NCBI RefSeq assembly: GCF_044704955.1
Contig: NC_091978.1
Span: forward strand, 356,624,001-356,688,000
Length of the DNA: 64,000 nt
Origin: Pristiophorus japonicus
Taxonomy: Eukaryota
Direction of reading: 5' to 3'
Of this stretch, positions 12,585 to 25,534 are shown one piece after another; positions within the stretch are counted from its first letter, which is position 1; every line of letters starts with the position of its first letter. The notes under the pieces are model-generated. The model saw only the letters and a program-made list of their open reading frames with translations, was not told the origin of the DNA and did no database searches. The position numbers and the translations under genes were made by a program.

Positions 12585-13730
12585 TAAATTTGTGAATAGC
12601 ACCAAACTGGGTAAAGGGGCCGGGGGTTGTCAATACTGAGGAAGACTACAACAAATTACAAGACGATATTTATAAACTTGCAGAATGGAGATACAATTGA
12701 CAAATGGATTTCAACACAGATAAATGTGAAGTATTACATTTTGGCAAGAAAAATAAGGAGGTCACACATTACTTGGAAAATCAAAGTAATATTGCAGTGA
12801 TGGGCATTCAATAGTTAGGAGGGCTGACTTGACTGCTTGCAGTTCAGACGGTTAGCCTGGAAGCTTTGTGGGCTCCCTGGTACTAGGAGAAGGAGCATAT
12901 CGCATAGACTGGAAAGATTTCGCAAGGGGATGGAGAGCAGCCAGTCATCATGGTTCATGTGGGAACCAATGATTCAAGTAAGTCAAGGCGGTGTGGGTAG
13001 AGCGAGGGGCCATAATAGAAGATTAAATCGAAGAGATTTAATCAAAATGAGGTATAAAAGAAAAGGGATCTTGGAGTACAAATACACCAATCACTAAAAG
13101 TAGCAGATTAAAAAGCAAACCAAGCACCAGAGTTTATTGCTAGAGGGATAGAATTGAAAAGTAGGGAAGTTATGCTAAACCTGCATCGAACCTTGGTTAG
13201 ACCACACTTTGAATACTGCGTACAGTTCTGGGCACCATATTATAAAAAGGATATAGAGGCACTGGAGAGGGTGCAAAGAAGATTTACAAGGATGATACCA
13301 GAAATGCGAGGGTATACACATCAGGAAAGATTGAACAGGCTGGGTCACTGTTCTCTCGAAAAGAAAAGGCTGAGGGGTGATCGAATAGTGCTCTTTAAAA
13401 TTATGAAAGGTTTTGATAGAGTAGACATTGTTTCCACTTGTGGGGAAGAGTAAAACTAGAGACTATAAATATGAGATAGTCACCAACAAATCAAACGGAG
13501 AATTCAGAAGAAACCTCTTTACCCAGAGAGTGGTGAGAATCTGGAACTCACTACCACAGGGAGTGGTTGAGGCGAATAATAAGGGGAGGCTAGATAAGCA
13601 TATGAGGGAAAAGTGAATAGAGGGATGCGCTGATAAGAGTTCGATGAGAAAAGATGGGAGGAGACTCGAGTGGAGCATAAACGCCGGCATGGACTGATTG
13701 GGCCAAATGGCCTGTTTCTATGCTGTATAT
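12585..13730 (+). mobile_element. CR1 3' fragment interrupted by an inverted duplication
   Basis: LVRPHFEYCVQFWAP and FTQRVVRIWNSLP motifs. Confidence 0.8.
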
Positions 13731-14390
13731 CCCATGTAAAAACTCTCGCTCCATAAAATGCTCTCCCACCCTGACAAGTCGAATTGTCTCCAACTCCTTC
13801 TCAAGTTCATTGAGCAATGCGAGTTGCTGGTTCTTTTCACAGACGTGTTTGCCCAAGTCAACTCTGGGTGCTCGAAAACTCCCACATCTTGCAAGAATGC
13901 AGTTACCGGTTTACTTTGTGATGTGCTCGAACTAGAACTCTCGCAAGCACCTCCTTTTTTTTTTTAGGTGCAAACCAGTTCCAACTGGTCAATCAGCCCC
14001 TAACAACACACCATTTAATTAACACCTGGCCTGTGATCTACTTTCAGGTGATTGGCAGTTAACTGCCAACTGACTTGCAGTTACACAAGTTAAAAATTCT
14101 AAGCTTGCATTTGAGGGCATTAAAAAGCATAATTTCTGTTCAACGTACCCACAGCGTTATCCTTTACTTACCACTGAATTCCCACTCTCACCAAATTCCC
14201 ATTTTTAGAAGTCCTTGTTCTCTGTTTCCAACTCACTTGGTTACCAGCTCACTCTGTGACGTATTCCCAGCTTGAGCCAACATTTTCTATGTTTGCTTCA
14301 TTATAAATCGGTTCATTGTCAGGAGAATTTTATTGTAATAATACCAATGCAATTAGTTTTCACAGATTATATGGCAGCATGATATTTTAC

Positions 14391-14826
14391 CTCGATTGGC
14401 AAAGAAGAAATAGTATTTTCCACGGCATCTTCCTCTTGTGCTTCACGCTCCAACATCTGAAGCTCATATTCAGTTATGGCCAAAGACATCATGTAATCCT
14501 CATGCTTATTTTGATTGGGTTCTGCACAAACATCGGCATTTTTTTGGTCAATCCCCTGGGGTTTCGAGTGTGGCGCATAAGCTAGACCACTGTTATGTGG
14601 AGCCAATGGCAAGTTACTTTCTTGGTCTATTTCTTGGCAACTTTCACTTGTCTTTTGCACAGTTTCTAAACCATTTTCTGAATGATCATTTGCAGCTCGG
14701 CTGTCTGTGTGCGATTCAGTTTTCTGTTTATTCCCTGGTTCTGCACCAGACTTGGATGTTGATTCAAGCAAGACACTCCGTAAAGCAGAAACATTTTCAG
14801 AAATGACACTCAAGATATCTGCAGCT
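14391..14826 (-). CDS. WRN: WRN large exon (AADILSVISENVSALRSVLL...SLAITEYELQMLE...LPIE)
   Basis: 436 bp within ORF 14367..14921, tttaacag|...|gtaaaa, phase 2 to 0. ISEN..LR and ITE.EL.LE are WRN motifs. Confidence 0.9.
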
Positions 14827-15128
14827 CTGTTAAATAAAAAACAAGTGTTAGTATATGGCACACCAACATCAAATGTAGATGCTAACAAGTGCCTGAAATC
14901 TATATCGCTGCCACACACCACTGTATTTGTACATGTGCATTAATGATTGGATTATAATGTAGGAAAAATGCCCTGTTCCTTCCAATTGTCATTAGGCAAT
15001 TAAAACTCTAATGGACTATTCCCACGTTATCTAATCTCTTGAAGGAGTTGAATATCTGGCGGTAAATATCAAATATATATAGAATTTAACCCTGAAATAA
15101 TTTCGTTTCATCCCAAAATAACTTCATT

Positions 15129-16897
15129 GAAGACAAACGTAGGTCCCTTGCAATCGGATTCAGGTGAATTTATAAATCGGGAATAAAGAAATGGCCTTTT
15201 GGCTAAGATCATGCGTAACTGACCTGACAGGGGAGTAACCATGACCCCAACGTGGTTCTCCCTGGATCAGGAAGGTGGTTCTCCTATGCTTTTTGGAAAT
15301 AGGAGGTGTGTGGGGTTGCTGACCCATCCACCTCCATGGCACGAACCTGGTATTGCAGTACTTCCAGGAACGGTACTTGGGGTCTAGGCCTTTTGGTGTG
15401 CAAGGTGACCTCTGGCGTTTGTGAGCTGACAAAGAATTGGAAAGATTGGCTAGGAAAAATGTAAAGAAATGGCAGACCAATTGAACAAATACTTAGGTTC
15501 TGTCTTCACAAAGGAAGACACAAATAACCTTCCAATTGTACTAGGGGACAGTAGGTTGAGTGAGAAGGAGGTACTGAAGGATATCCTTATTAGGCGGGAA
15601 ATTGTGTTCAGGAAATTGATGGGATTGAAGGCCGATAAATCCCCGGGGCCTGATAGTCTGCATCCCAGAGTACTTAAGGAAGTGGCCCTAGAAATAGTAG
15701 ATGCATTGGTGATCATTTTCCAACAGTCTATCAAATCTGGATCAGTTCCTATGGACTGGAGGGTAGCTAATGTAACACCACTTTTGAAAAAAGGAGGGAG
15801 AGAGAAAACAGGTAATTATAGACCAGTTAGCCTGACATCAGTAGTGGGGAAAATGTTGGAATCAATCATTAAGGATGAAACAGCAGTGCATTTGGAAAGC
15901 AGTGACAGGATCGGACCAAGTCAGCATGGATTTATGAAAGGGACATCATGCTTGACGAATCTTCTGGAATTTTTTGAGGATGTAACTAGTAGAGTGGATA
16001 AGGGCGAACCAGTGGATGTGGTGTATTTGGACTTTCAAAAGGCTTTTGACAAGGTCCCGCACAAGAGATTGGTGTGCAAAATCAAAGCGCATGGTATTGG
16101 GGGTAATGTACTGACGTAGATAGAGAACTGGTTGGCAGACAGGAAGCAGAGAGTCGGAATAAACGGGTCCTTTTCAGAATGGCAGGCAGTGACTAGTGGA
16201 GTGCCACAGGGCTCAGTGCTGGGACCCCAGCTCTTTACAATATACATTAACGATTTAGATGAAGGAATTGAGTGTAATATCTCCAAGTTTGCGGATGACA
16301 CTAAACTGGGTGGCGGTGTGAGCTGTGAGGAGGATGCTTAGAGGCTGCAGGGTGACTTGGACAAGTTAGGTGACTGGGCAAATGCATGGCAGATGCAGTA
16401 TAATGTGGATAAATATGAGGTTATCCATATTGGGGGCAAAAATACGAAGGCAGATTATCTGAATGGCGGCAGATTAGGAAAAGGGGAGGTGCAACGAGAT
16501 CTGGGTGTCATGGTTCATCAGTCACTGAAAGTGGGCATGCAGGTACAGCAGGCGGTGAAGAAGGCAAATGGTATGTTGGCCTTCATAGCTAGGGGATTTG
16601 AGTATAGGAGCAGGGAGGTCTTACTGCATTTGTACAGGGCCTTAGTGAGGCCTCACCTGGAATATTGTGTTCAGTTTTGGTCACCTAATCTGAGAAAGGA
16701 CATTCTTGCTATTGAGGGAATGCAGCGAAGGTTCACCAATCTGATTCCAGGGATGGCTGGACTGTTATATGAGGAGAGACTGGATCAACTGGGCCTTTAT
16801 TCACTGGAGTTTAGAAGGATGAGAGGGGATCTCATAGAAACGTTTAAGATTCTGATGGCCTACTCCTGCACCTATTTTCTATGTTTCTATGTTTCTA
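15129..16897 (+). mobile_element. CR1/HER1-like LINE, 5'-truncated (RT), hosting the snRNA chimera
   Basis: ORFs 15469..16119, 16132..16341 and 16357..; in-frame stops; (TTTCTATG)n tail. Confidence 0.92.
15193..15461 (+). mobile_element. U2/U1 snRNA-derived chimeric retroposed element (SINEU-like)
   Basis: U2 5' piece 15193-15217, U1 piece 15218-15284, U2 3' domain 15287-15376, unknown tail. Direct repeat TAAAGAAATGGC at 15184-15195 and 15462-15473. Confidence 0.8.
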
Positions 16898-17346
16898 TAA
16901 ATGCAAATGCGCATGCACTGTTTAAAGGTTGCAGTCGGGACTTCTGTTATCTGACCACAGACCTCCACAAATGGCTCATCCATGTGGCCATTTGCCTGTG
17001 AGCCTACAGGAAGTGTGGGCAGGCTACACAATTTGATATGGGAAACAAAATATCTGAGAACTACCAGAAAGTATTGGCAGCTTTGACACAGTCCTTCTGA
17101 AAGCTAAACATTTTTAATTACTCTTCTCCAAAATGATTGGAGATAAATGGAACTTGCAGTGCAAAATCTTAGCCAAACCGAGAGCAACATTTGAGCTATA
17201 TCTGAAAGCAGTCTTGCTGAGGATAATTAACCCAATGCAGATATTCTCTTTATATTAACGTCAAATAAATATTGTACTTTCAGTATTTGCTGTTGGTTAT
17301 GCTTCATATTGCTATTTGTTTCTAAGTAAACTTCCTATTAGTGACT

Positions 17347-20300
17347 TAGAAACATAGAAAATAGGTGCAGGAGTAGGTCATTCGGCCCTTCAAGCCTGCA
17401 CCACCATTCAATAAGATCATGGCTGATCATTCCCTCAGTACCCCTAGCGTCCTCCTCACAGCTCACACCGCCACCCAGTTTAGTGTCATCTGCAAACTTG
17501 GAGATATTACACTCAATTCCTTCATCCAAATCATTGATGTAAATTGTAAAGAGCTGGGGTCCCAGCACTGAGCTCTGCGGCACTCCACTAGTCACTGCCT
17601 GCCATTCTGAAAAGGACCCGTTTATTCCGACTCTCTGCTTCCTGTCTGCCAACCAGTTCTCTATCTACATCAGTGTATTACCCCCAATACCATGTGCTTT
17701 GATTTTGCACACCAATCTCTTGTGTGGGACCTTGTCAAAAGCCTTTTGAAAGTCCAAATACACCACATCCACTGGTTCGCCCTTATCCACTCTACTAGTT
17801 ACATCCTCAAAAAATTCCAGAAGATTTGTCAAGCATGATTTCCCCTTCATAAATCCATGCTGACTTGAACCGATCCTGTCACTGCTTTCCAAATGCGCTG
17901 TTATTTCATCCTTAATAATTGATTCCAACATTTTCCCCACTACTGATGTCAGGCTAACTGGTCTAATTACACGCTTTCTCTCTCCCTCCCTTTTTTAAAA
18001 GTGGTGTTACATTAGCTACCCTCCAGTCCATAGGAACTGATCCAGAGTCGGTAGACTGTTGGAAAATGATCACCAATGCATCCACTATTTCTAGGGCCAC
18101 TTCCTTAACTACTCTGGGATGCAGACTATCAGGCCCCGGGGATCTATCGGCCTTCAATCCCATCAATTTCCCGAACACAATTTCCCGCCTAATAAGGATA
18201 TCCTTCAGTTCCTCCTTCGCACGAGACCCTCGGTCTCCTAGTACTTCCAGAAGGCTATTTGTGTCTTCCTTTGCGAAGACAGAACCAAAGTATTTGTTCA
18301 ATTGGTCTGCCATTTCTTTGTTACCCATTATAAATTCACCTGAATCCAACTGCAAGGGACCTACGTTTGTCTTCACTAATCTTTTTCTCCTCACATATCT
18401 ATAGAAGCTTTTGCAGTCAGTTTTTATGCTCCCGGCAAGCTTCTTCTCGTACTCTGTTTTCCCCCTCTTAATTAAACCCTTTGTCTTCCTGCTGAATTCT
18501 AAATTTCTCCCAGTCCTCAGGTTTGTTGCTTTTTCTGGCCAATTTATATGCCTCTTCCTTGGATTTAACACTATCCTTAATTTCACTTGTTAGCCATGGT
18601 TGAGCCACCTTCCCAGTTTTATTTTTACTCCAAACAGGGATGTACAATTGCTGAAGTTCATCCATGTGATTTTTAAATGTTTGCCATTGCCTATCCACCG
18701 TCAACCATTTAAGTACAATTTGCCAGTCTATTCTAGCCAATTCACGCCTCAAACCATCGAAGTTCAGGACCCTAGTTTCTGAATTAACTGTGTCACTCTC
18801 CATCTTAATAAAGAATTCTACCATGTTATGGTCACTCTTCCCCAAGGGGCCTCGCACAACAAGATTGCTAATCAGTCCTTTCTTATTACACATCACCCAG
18901 TCTAGGATGGCCAACTCACTAGTTGGTTCCTCGACATATTGGTCTCGAAAACCATCCCTAATACACTCCAGGAAATCCTCCTCCACCGCATTGCTACCAG
19001 TTTGTTTAGCCCAATTAATATGTAGATTAAAGTCACCCATGATAACTGCTGTACCTTTATTGCATGTATCCCTAATTTCTTGTTTGATGCTGTCCCCAAC
19101 CTTACTACTACTATTTGGTGGTCTGTACACAACTCCCACTAGTGTTTTCTGCCACTTGGTATTCCGTAGCTCCACCCATACCGATTCGACATCATCCAAG
19201 CTAATGTCCTTTCTTACTATTGCATTAATTTCCTCTTTAACCAGCAATGCCACCCCGTCTCCTTTTCCTTTCTGTCTATCCTTCCTAAATGTTGAATACC
19301 CCAGCCTTGGTCACTCTGGAGCCATGTCTCCATGATTACATCATACCCGTTAACTGCTATCTGCGCAGTTAATTTGTCCACTTTATTCCAAATACTCCTC
19401 GCATTGAGGCACAGAGCCTTCAGGCTTGTCTTTCTAACATACTTTGCCCCTTTAGAATTTTGCTGTAATGTGGCCCTTTTTGCCTTGGGTTTCTCTGCCC
19501 TCCACTTTTATTTTTCTTCTTTCTATCTTTTGCTTCTACCCCGATTCTACTTCCCTCTGTCTCCCTGCGCAGGTTTCCATCCCCCTGCCATATTAGTTTA
19601 ACTCCTCCCAACAGCACTAGCAAACACTCCCCCTCAGACATTGGTTCCGGTCCTGCCCAGGTGAAAACCTCCAGTTTGTACTGGTCCAACCTCCCCCAGA
19701 ACCGGTTCCAATATCCCAGGAATTTGAATCCCTCCCTTCTGCACCACTCCTCAAGCCACGTATTCATCCGAGCTATCCTGCGATTCCTACTCTGACTAGC
19801 ATGTGGCACTGGTAGCAATCCTGAGATTACTACTTTTGAGGTCCTACTTTTTAAATTTAGCTCCTAGCTCCCTAAATTCGTCTTGTAGGACCTCATCCCG
19901 TTTTTTTACCTATATCGTTGGTACCTATATGCACCACGACAATTGGCTGTTCACCCTCCCTTTTCAGAATGCGTTGATCCTTGCACCAGGGAGGTAACAT
20001 ACCATTCTGGAGTCTCGGTTGCGGCCGCAGAAACGTCTATATATTCCCCTTACAATTAAATCCCCTATTACTATAGCTCTCCCAATGTTTTTCCTGCCCT
20101 CCTGTGCAGTAGAGCCACCCACGGTGCCATGAACTTGGCTGCTGCAGTTCCCCCCTGATGAGTCATCCCCCTCAACAGTACTCAAAAGCGGTGTATCTGT
20201 TTTGCAGGGGGATGACCGCAGGGGACCCCTGCACTACCTTCCTTGCACTGCTCTTCTAGTTGGTCATCCATTCCCTATCTGGCTGTGTATCCTTTACCTG

Positions 20301-20500
20301 CGTTGAGACCAACTCACTATACGTGCTATTCACGTCATTTTCAGCATCGTGGATGCTCCAGAGTGAATCCACCCGCAGCTCCAGTGCCGCAATGCAGTCC
20401 GTCAGGAGCTGCAGGCGGATGCACTTCCCGCACACATAGTCGTCAGGGACACTGGACACATCCCTGACTTCCCACATAGTACAGGAGGAGCATAACACTT
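17347..20500 (-). mobile_element. Near full-length CR1 (ORF1 zinc finger/zipper plus esterase; ORF2 APE plus RT) with internal deletions
   Basis: CSSC...CGKC, VIGDLIVRG, GVVYRPP, MGDFN, SDHN, YLDFQKAFD and FADD; tail at 17347. Confidence 0.92.
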
Positions 20501-20825
20501 TTGACTGTAGACCTTAGGTTGTCGTGATGACATTCACCATTTAGAAGATGAGTACAAGACTACATGAAATCTACTAAGACTACTATTAGTGGGGTAATTA
20601 CAGGTAAACACAAGTATTGAGCACTGCTTCCAGATTGCAAGACCAAACGTTTACTTGTAGGAACAGCCTTTACACCGTTGAAAGAGAAGACAATCGTAGA
20701 AAGCGCTGAAACCCTAACAAGCCCAATCTGAAAGCAGGCACTTATTTTTGTTTACAGGCAAAGGCAACAAAACTATGATTAGCAGATCATCAGGCGATGT
20801 TTCCCATCAGCTGCTCATTACTAAC

Positions 20826-20937
20826 CTCTGCATACCACTAATGTAGGAATCAGGAACCATCTCTGCTAGTTTCTGCATTTCACAGGCAACAGAGGTCAGA
20901 TTCGACCTTAAAAAAAGGGAAGGCAGTAGTTTCTGGT
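20826..20937 (-). CDS. WRN: WRN exon (DQKLLPSLFLRSNLTSVACEMQKLAEMVPDSYISGMQR), multimerisation region
   Basis: 112 bp, gtgtttcag|...|gttagt, phase 1 to 2. Bridges the neighbouring exons in frame and is open. Confidence 0.8.
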
Positions 20938-22982
20938 CTGAAACACACAAAGTAGAACATTATCAGTTGGCAGGTGTTTCATCCATATGTACAGCATAAA
21001 GTAGAGCTCATTTTTGGTCCTGTCAATATTAGGTACAGCCATCATTCCAACCTAATTACCTTTATTTTTTTGGGGGGGTTGTGGGAGTGGGAACCACAAA
21101 GCAACAGGAATTAACTGCTTTCTTTCCCTGGTCTTTCAAATGGCACTGTAGGACAGAGTGATTGCTAAAATCGGAGATGCTCAAGAGGCCAGAATTATAG
21201 GAGCGCAGATATCTTGGAGGCTTGTGGGTACTAGAGGAGATAAGGAGGAGCGAAGCCATGAAGAGATTTGAAAACAAGGATGAGAATTTTAAAATCGAGG
21301 CTTTGCTTAACTAGGAACCAATGAAGGTCAGTGAGCACAGGGTGAATAGGAGTTAGGAAGCACCAGAGTTTTGGGTGACCTCAAGTTTACGATTAGAACA
21401 TGGGAGGCCAGTCAAGACTGCATTGGAATAGTCAAGTCTAGAGGTAACCAAGGCATGGATGAGAGTTTCAGAAGCGATGAAATGAGGCAGGGGCGGAGTA
21501 GGGCGATGTTCCGGAAATAGGCGGTGTTAGTGATGTGATCGGAAGCTCATTTCGGGGTCAAATATGACACCAAGGTTGCGAATAGTCTAGTTCAACCTCA
21601 GACAGATGCCAAATGCCCAAATATATCTGTGCAGGGCTCCCTGTATAATCTGAATTAAACCTCTTGAGTTTTGGGAATCCCAACTCTAATCAGAGGGTAG
21701 TCTCATCGCTGGGCAAATAACTATTGTGATGCCTCAAAAAAGTTCTTTCCACTTAGAACCCCACTAGAGATGTGGAATGCAGTCATGACTGAGTATGTGA
21801 AACAGAATCTCCAGTGGGTAGGTAGATGAAAACAAAATTAATCAACTTATTGTACATGCATCGTGGGATCAATTTTTAAAAATGATATTTTAGATTTTCT
21901 CTTTTCTCTATTCTAATTATCTTCTGCACCCGGGCCTCTGTAAATGATACTCTGAAGCTGACTTCTAAAAGGTGTGCAAGACCAGTTCAGTTGATGCCTG
22001 CCATTTACTATTTCTCCAAGGGAAAGCATGATCCCCATTTGGTGACTTCCCATGGGAACTCAGCAATAAGAAGTATTGCCATAAACCCACCTCCGCCTGG
22101 TCTGTGGCAGAGTACTCTGATCCTCCAACACCATGTACCACTACATGACTTTCGTATTTTTAAAAGGAACAGTACTCCATTTGAGAGGGAGCAATAGAAT
22201 CACCCACTGGCACTCCAAAATACTGCTAAATTGATAAGTTGCGTGTTAGCAGCACCATTGTGGGGTTGGTGTTTCCACATGAGCAGCACCCTAGGCACAG
22301 AGTGGAGGCCAGATGGTTTCCCACGGAAAGGGGTAATCACCTCAGGCTGCTCTCATGCACTTATCACCCAGTGAAACAGCAGCACTGATGTAGGGTGGGG
22401 AACAGGTTCCCCGACTTTTAAATCTACTCGGGCATGAACATAATTACTGATTGAGTCAGAGGACTATCTTCAGAATTAGATTAAATAAATTACCATGTGG
22501 CAGCCTGGTGGGGTAAGATGTTGATGCACAAATTTAAATTTGGAATGAAGCAGCAGAACACACAGCCTACTAATCTGACAGAGTACATACTCTACAGGCA
22601 CCCCCTAATCTCAGTGACCAAACGATGATGACTGATATTGTACAAGCGTAAAGAAAAAATCTTTTCAAATTTGTAACAAATAAAAAGTTTGTGTCAAAAA
22701 TGAACCGTTTCCAATGAAAGTACACAAAGACAATAACAATCTAACGCAAACATACAAAAAGGTGAGAAAAGTGCATCACGCCCATTAAAGCTAACTGGAG
22801 TGTGCAACTGCAGCTGCTTGCGATGATAACTTGTAAGGGAGCCAAAAATAACCAAACAGTTGGAAAACACTTGAGCCAACTTCAGGAAAAATGCAAGAAA
22901 TTCCTTCCCAATGTTCTAATGGAATTTAAGGGTTACCAAGAATCATCATATGGGGAATTTATCCAACCCGCACGCAACTTAC

Positions 22983-23055
22983 CAGCTTTATTGGGAAACA
23001 GTTTTCCTCCGCTAACATCCAAACGAATTAATTTTTGGTAAATTAGAAGACCGGC
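22983..23055 (-). CDS. WRN: WRN exon (AGLLIYQKLIRLDVSGGKLFPNKA)
   Basis: 73 bp, ttctttctctag|...|gtaagt, phase 0 to 1. AGxxIY follows YAATDAY as in WRN. Confidence 0.9.
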
Positions 23056-24431
23056 CTAGAGAAAGAAAAAGGAACACAAATGAGTGCTATCTTAGTCAAT
23101 TATAAAATATCACCAGTGGACCTCTTGATAACAACAGACTCAGCCTCATCCGACCTTCCTGACATGTGTTGATGTCCTGTTGTGAGCAACTGATCCAAAA
23201 CAGAACATACCAGTGGGAATGGAGTGCATGAGCTCAAATGGCAATCGATAACACAAGACATGTTTAAGAAAAGCATGCCGCACAATTAACAGTTGGAATA
23301 CATAGTGCATACATAATACATATTTCAGGGTTCCAAAAAACTCTCTGGAGTCAGATTGTTTTTAATCTTCTAAGTTTCACTCTGGATATTTAAAGCCCAG
23401 CACTGTGCTAGGAGTTTACTATACCATGGCCAAGATGGCACTTACTCAACTTGGTCTCAATCATCCACCAATGCTACTCTAAAACCAGCTGTTTGAAGAG
23501 ATGCAAGGGAAGCCTGGTCCGATTCCCTGCTCTCCGTTCTTGATTTTCATTCCCTCTTTCTGGTGGCATGCATGGCTTGTTAGCTGGCCCACAACACAAC
23601 TGACATTGAAACCTCAATACATGGACAATGTTGGCCACAACTCCACCATGGTGCTGTAGCACAATAGGGCCACTGCCTTTAACTTCAGGGTATCATCTTG
23701 GCTTTTTAACGTTCCTTCCACTCATTTATTTTCCAAAGTTCTCCCACATTACACACCAATCCCTGCAAATAGGACACCCAGATAAACCAGCTCTCAGGCC
23801 TCTTCTAATGGTACAATGCATCCCACATCATGAAGGTGTGCAGGAACACCAAATGGTAAATTAAACTCAAACCTTGCCATGTTAGAAGAAAGTGCCTAAT
23901 TTCTCCAAAGTGCCTCCCCGTCAAGACACCAGAGATGTTGAGTTCTACAAATCTGGAACTCTCTCCTCCAAAAAGTTATTACGGCTAGGGGTCAATTGAA
24001 AATGTCAAAATTGAGATTGATAGATTTTTGTTCACCAAGGGTATTAAGGTCTACGGAAGCAAGGCAGGTAGAGGGAGTTAAGATACAGATCAGCCATGAT
24101 CTAATTGAATAGCGGAACAGGCTCAAGGGGCTGAATGCCCTACTCCTGGTTGCTAAGTATTACTCAGAAGCATAGCATCACCATTAGCTTCTCTATACCT
24201 CCTCGTAGCTATTTTAGTTTTTTTTTAATAAAAGAGAATTAAAACCCAATTAAAAATGTTATCCCGCAGTGCATAAAATATATATAAATTTACATCTAAA
24301 TTCCTATTGGTGAAAATTATACTGATTAAAAAAGCACTTGAATTGAAGTGCTTTTCAATTAAATAATAAAGGAACTGAAATAACAGTATTACAGGACTGG
24401 GTAGTTAGATCTGAAGTAGACATATACGTAC

Positions 24432-24581
24432 ATAGGCATCGGTTGCTGCATACTGCTGCTGCTCGTCACAGAGTGGAAATGTATCCCAGGCACTGCAACG
24501 GACAGATGTATCCTTCTTCAGCTGTTTGCCGCAAAGGTGTTTTACCAACCCATTCAGACTCCACTTCTCTACACATTTCAA
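24432..24581 (-). CDS. WRN: WRN exon ([50 protein letters not shown]), ExoIII
   Basis: 150 bp, cgtag|...|gtacgt, phase 0 to 0, with the YAATDAY catalytic motif. Confidence 0.95.
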
Positions 24582-25534
24582 CTACGTCGTGTCACAGGGA
24601 AACAAGTTTCAGAACCAGAACAAATTTTTCAAAAGCAATTTCTATTCAGTTCAGTATTGTGAAAAAATATCTGGACTCCCACTTTAAAAAAAAATGTGGC
24701 ACAGGCTTCTAAGCAAGTATAGAAACATAGAAATTTACAGTGCAGAAGGAGACCATTTCGGCCCATCGTGTCCCGCCGGCACCATGCAGCATACCATTAA
24801 TTAGCTTTCTATGAACAAACAGACTTTTATATTAAAGGTTACGATAACAGTGATAATCACCTCATAACTGTTCAGTCAAGTTCAGAAACTGACCTTGAAA
24901 GGAATTGGAGGTATTACATTTTATCCCGGGCCTTTCAGTGGATACCCAATTACATTATTGCATCTTGTTGGCAATAAAAACTCAATTAGAATCTCCAGGC
25001 AGATGGGATTGTAAAAAGTTTTTTGCAAGAATGTAAGGGCCCTTTGATACTCGGTTCTGATCCAGTCAAAGAGCAAGAAAGTCTTCTCTTAACGACAACT
25101 GTGAAGTGCAGCCCATTAATGTTAGTTATAATGAGCTTTCAGATGGAAACATGATGAGCACAGAGATTACAAAGATCCCACAACTGCCTAATACTGTTCA
25201 TTAATTAGATTTGCTAACTTATGGTTTGTTAGAGCCTTAGATTTTCCACTGAAGAGCAGCTTTACTGGAAATAATGCAAGTTAAAACAGTCTTCCAACCC
25301 AATTCACATTAAAAATTGCTGCACTTGAGCCAAGATGTACTTGTTTGGTGATCTGCATCTGTTATGGTTACCTTGTGACTACATCTCTTAGATGGATCAA
25401 ATATCATTGGATTCTGCTGTACATGTTCAAAAGGTGCTATATAAATGTCAGCATTGGCTCAGTAGTAGCACTCTCACTTCTGAGTCAGAAGGTCATGGGA
25501 TCAAGTCCTAAATCATCACATAATTTAAGATAAT

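Noticed and set aside
15193-15376. A functional U2 or U1 snRNA gene
   Set aside because: The 5' end is missing, the branch-point region is replaced, there is no PSE upstream (it sits in CR1 ORF2) and it is TSD-flanked, so this copy is retroposed.
24582-24600. Purine/CpG-rich acceptor of the ExoIII exon (tgacacgacgtag)
   Set aside because: A pyrimidine tract lies just upstream and the exon size and phase fit, so there is no evidence of unusual splicing.
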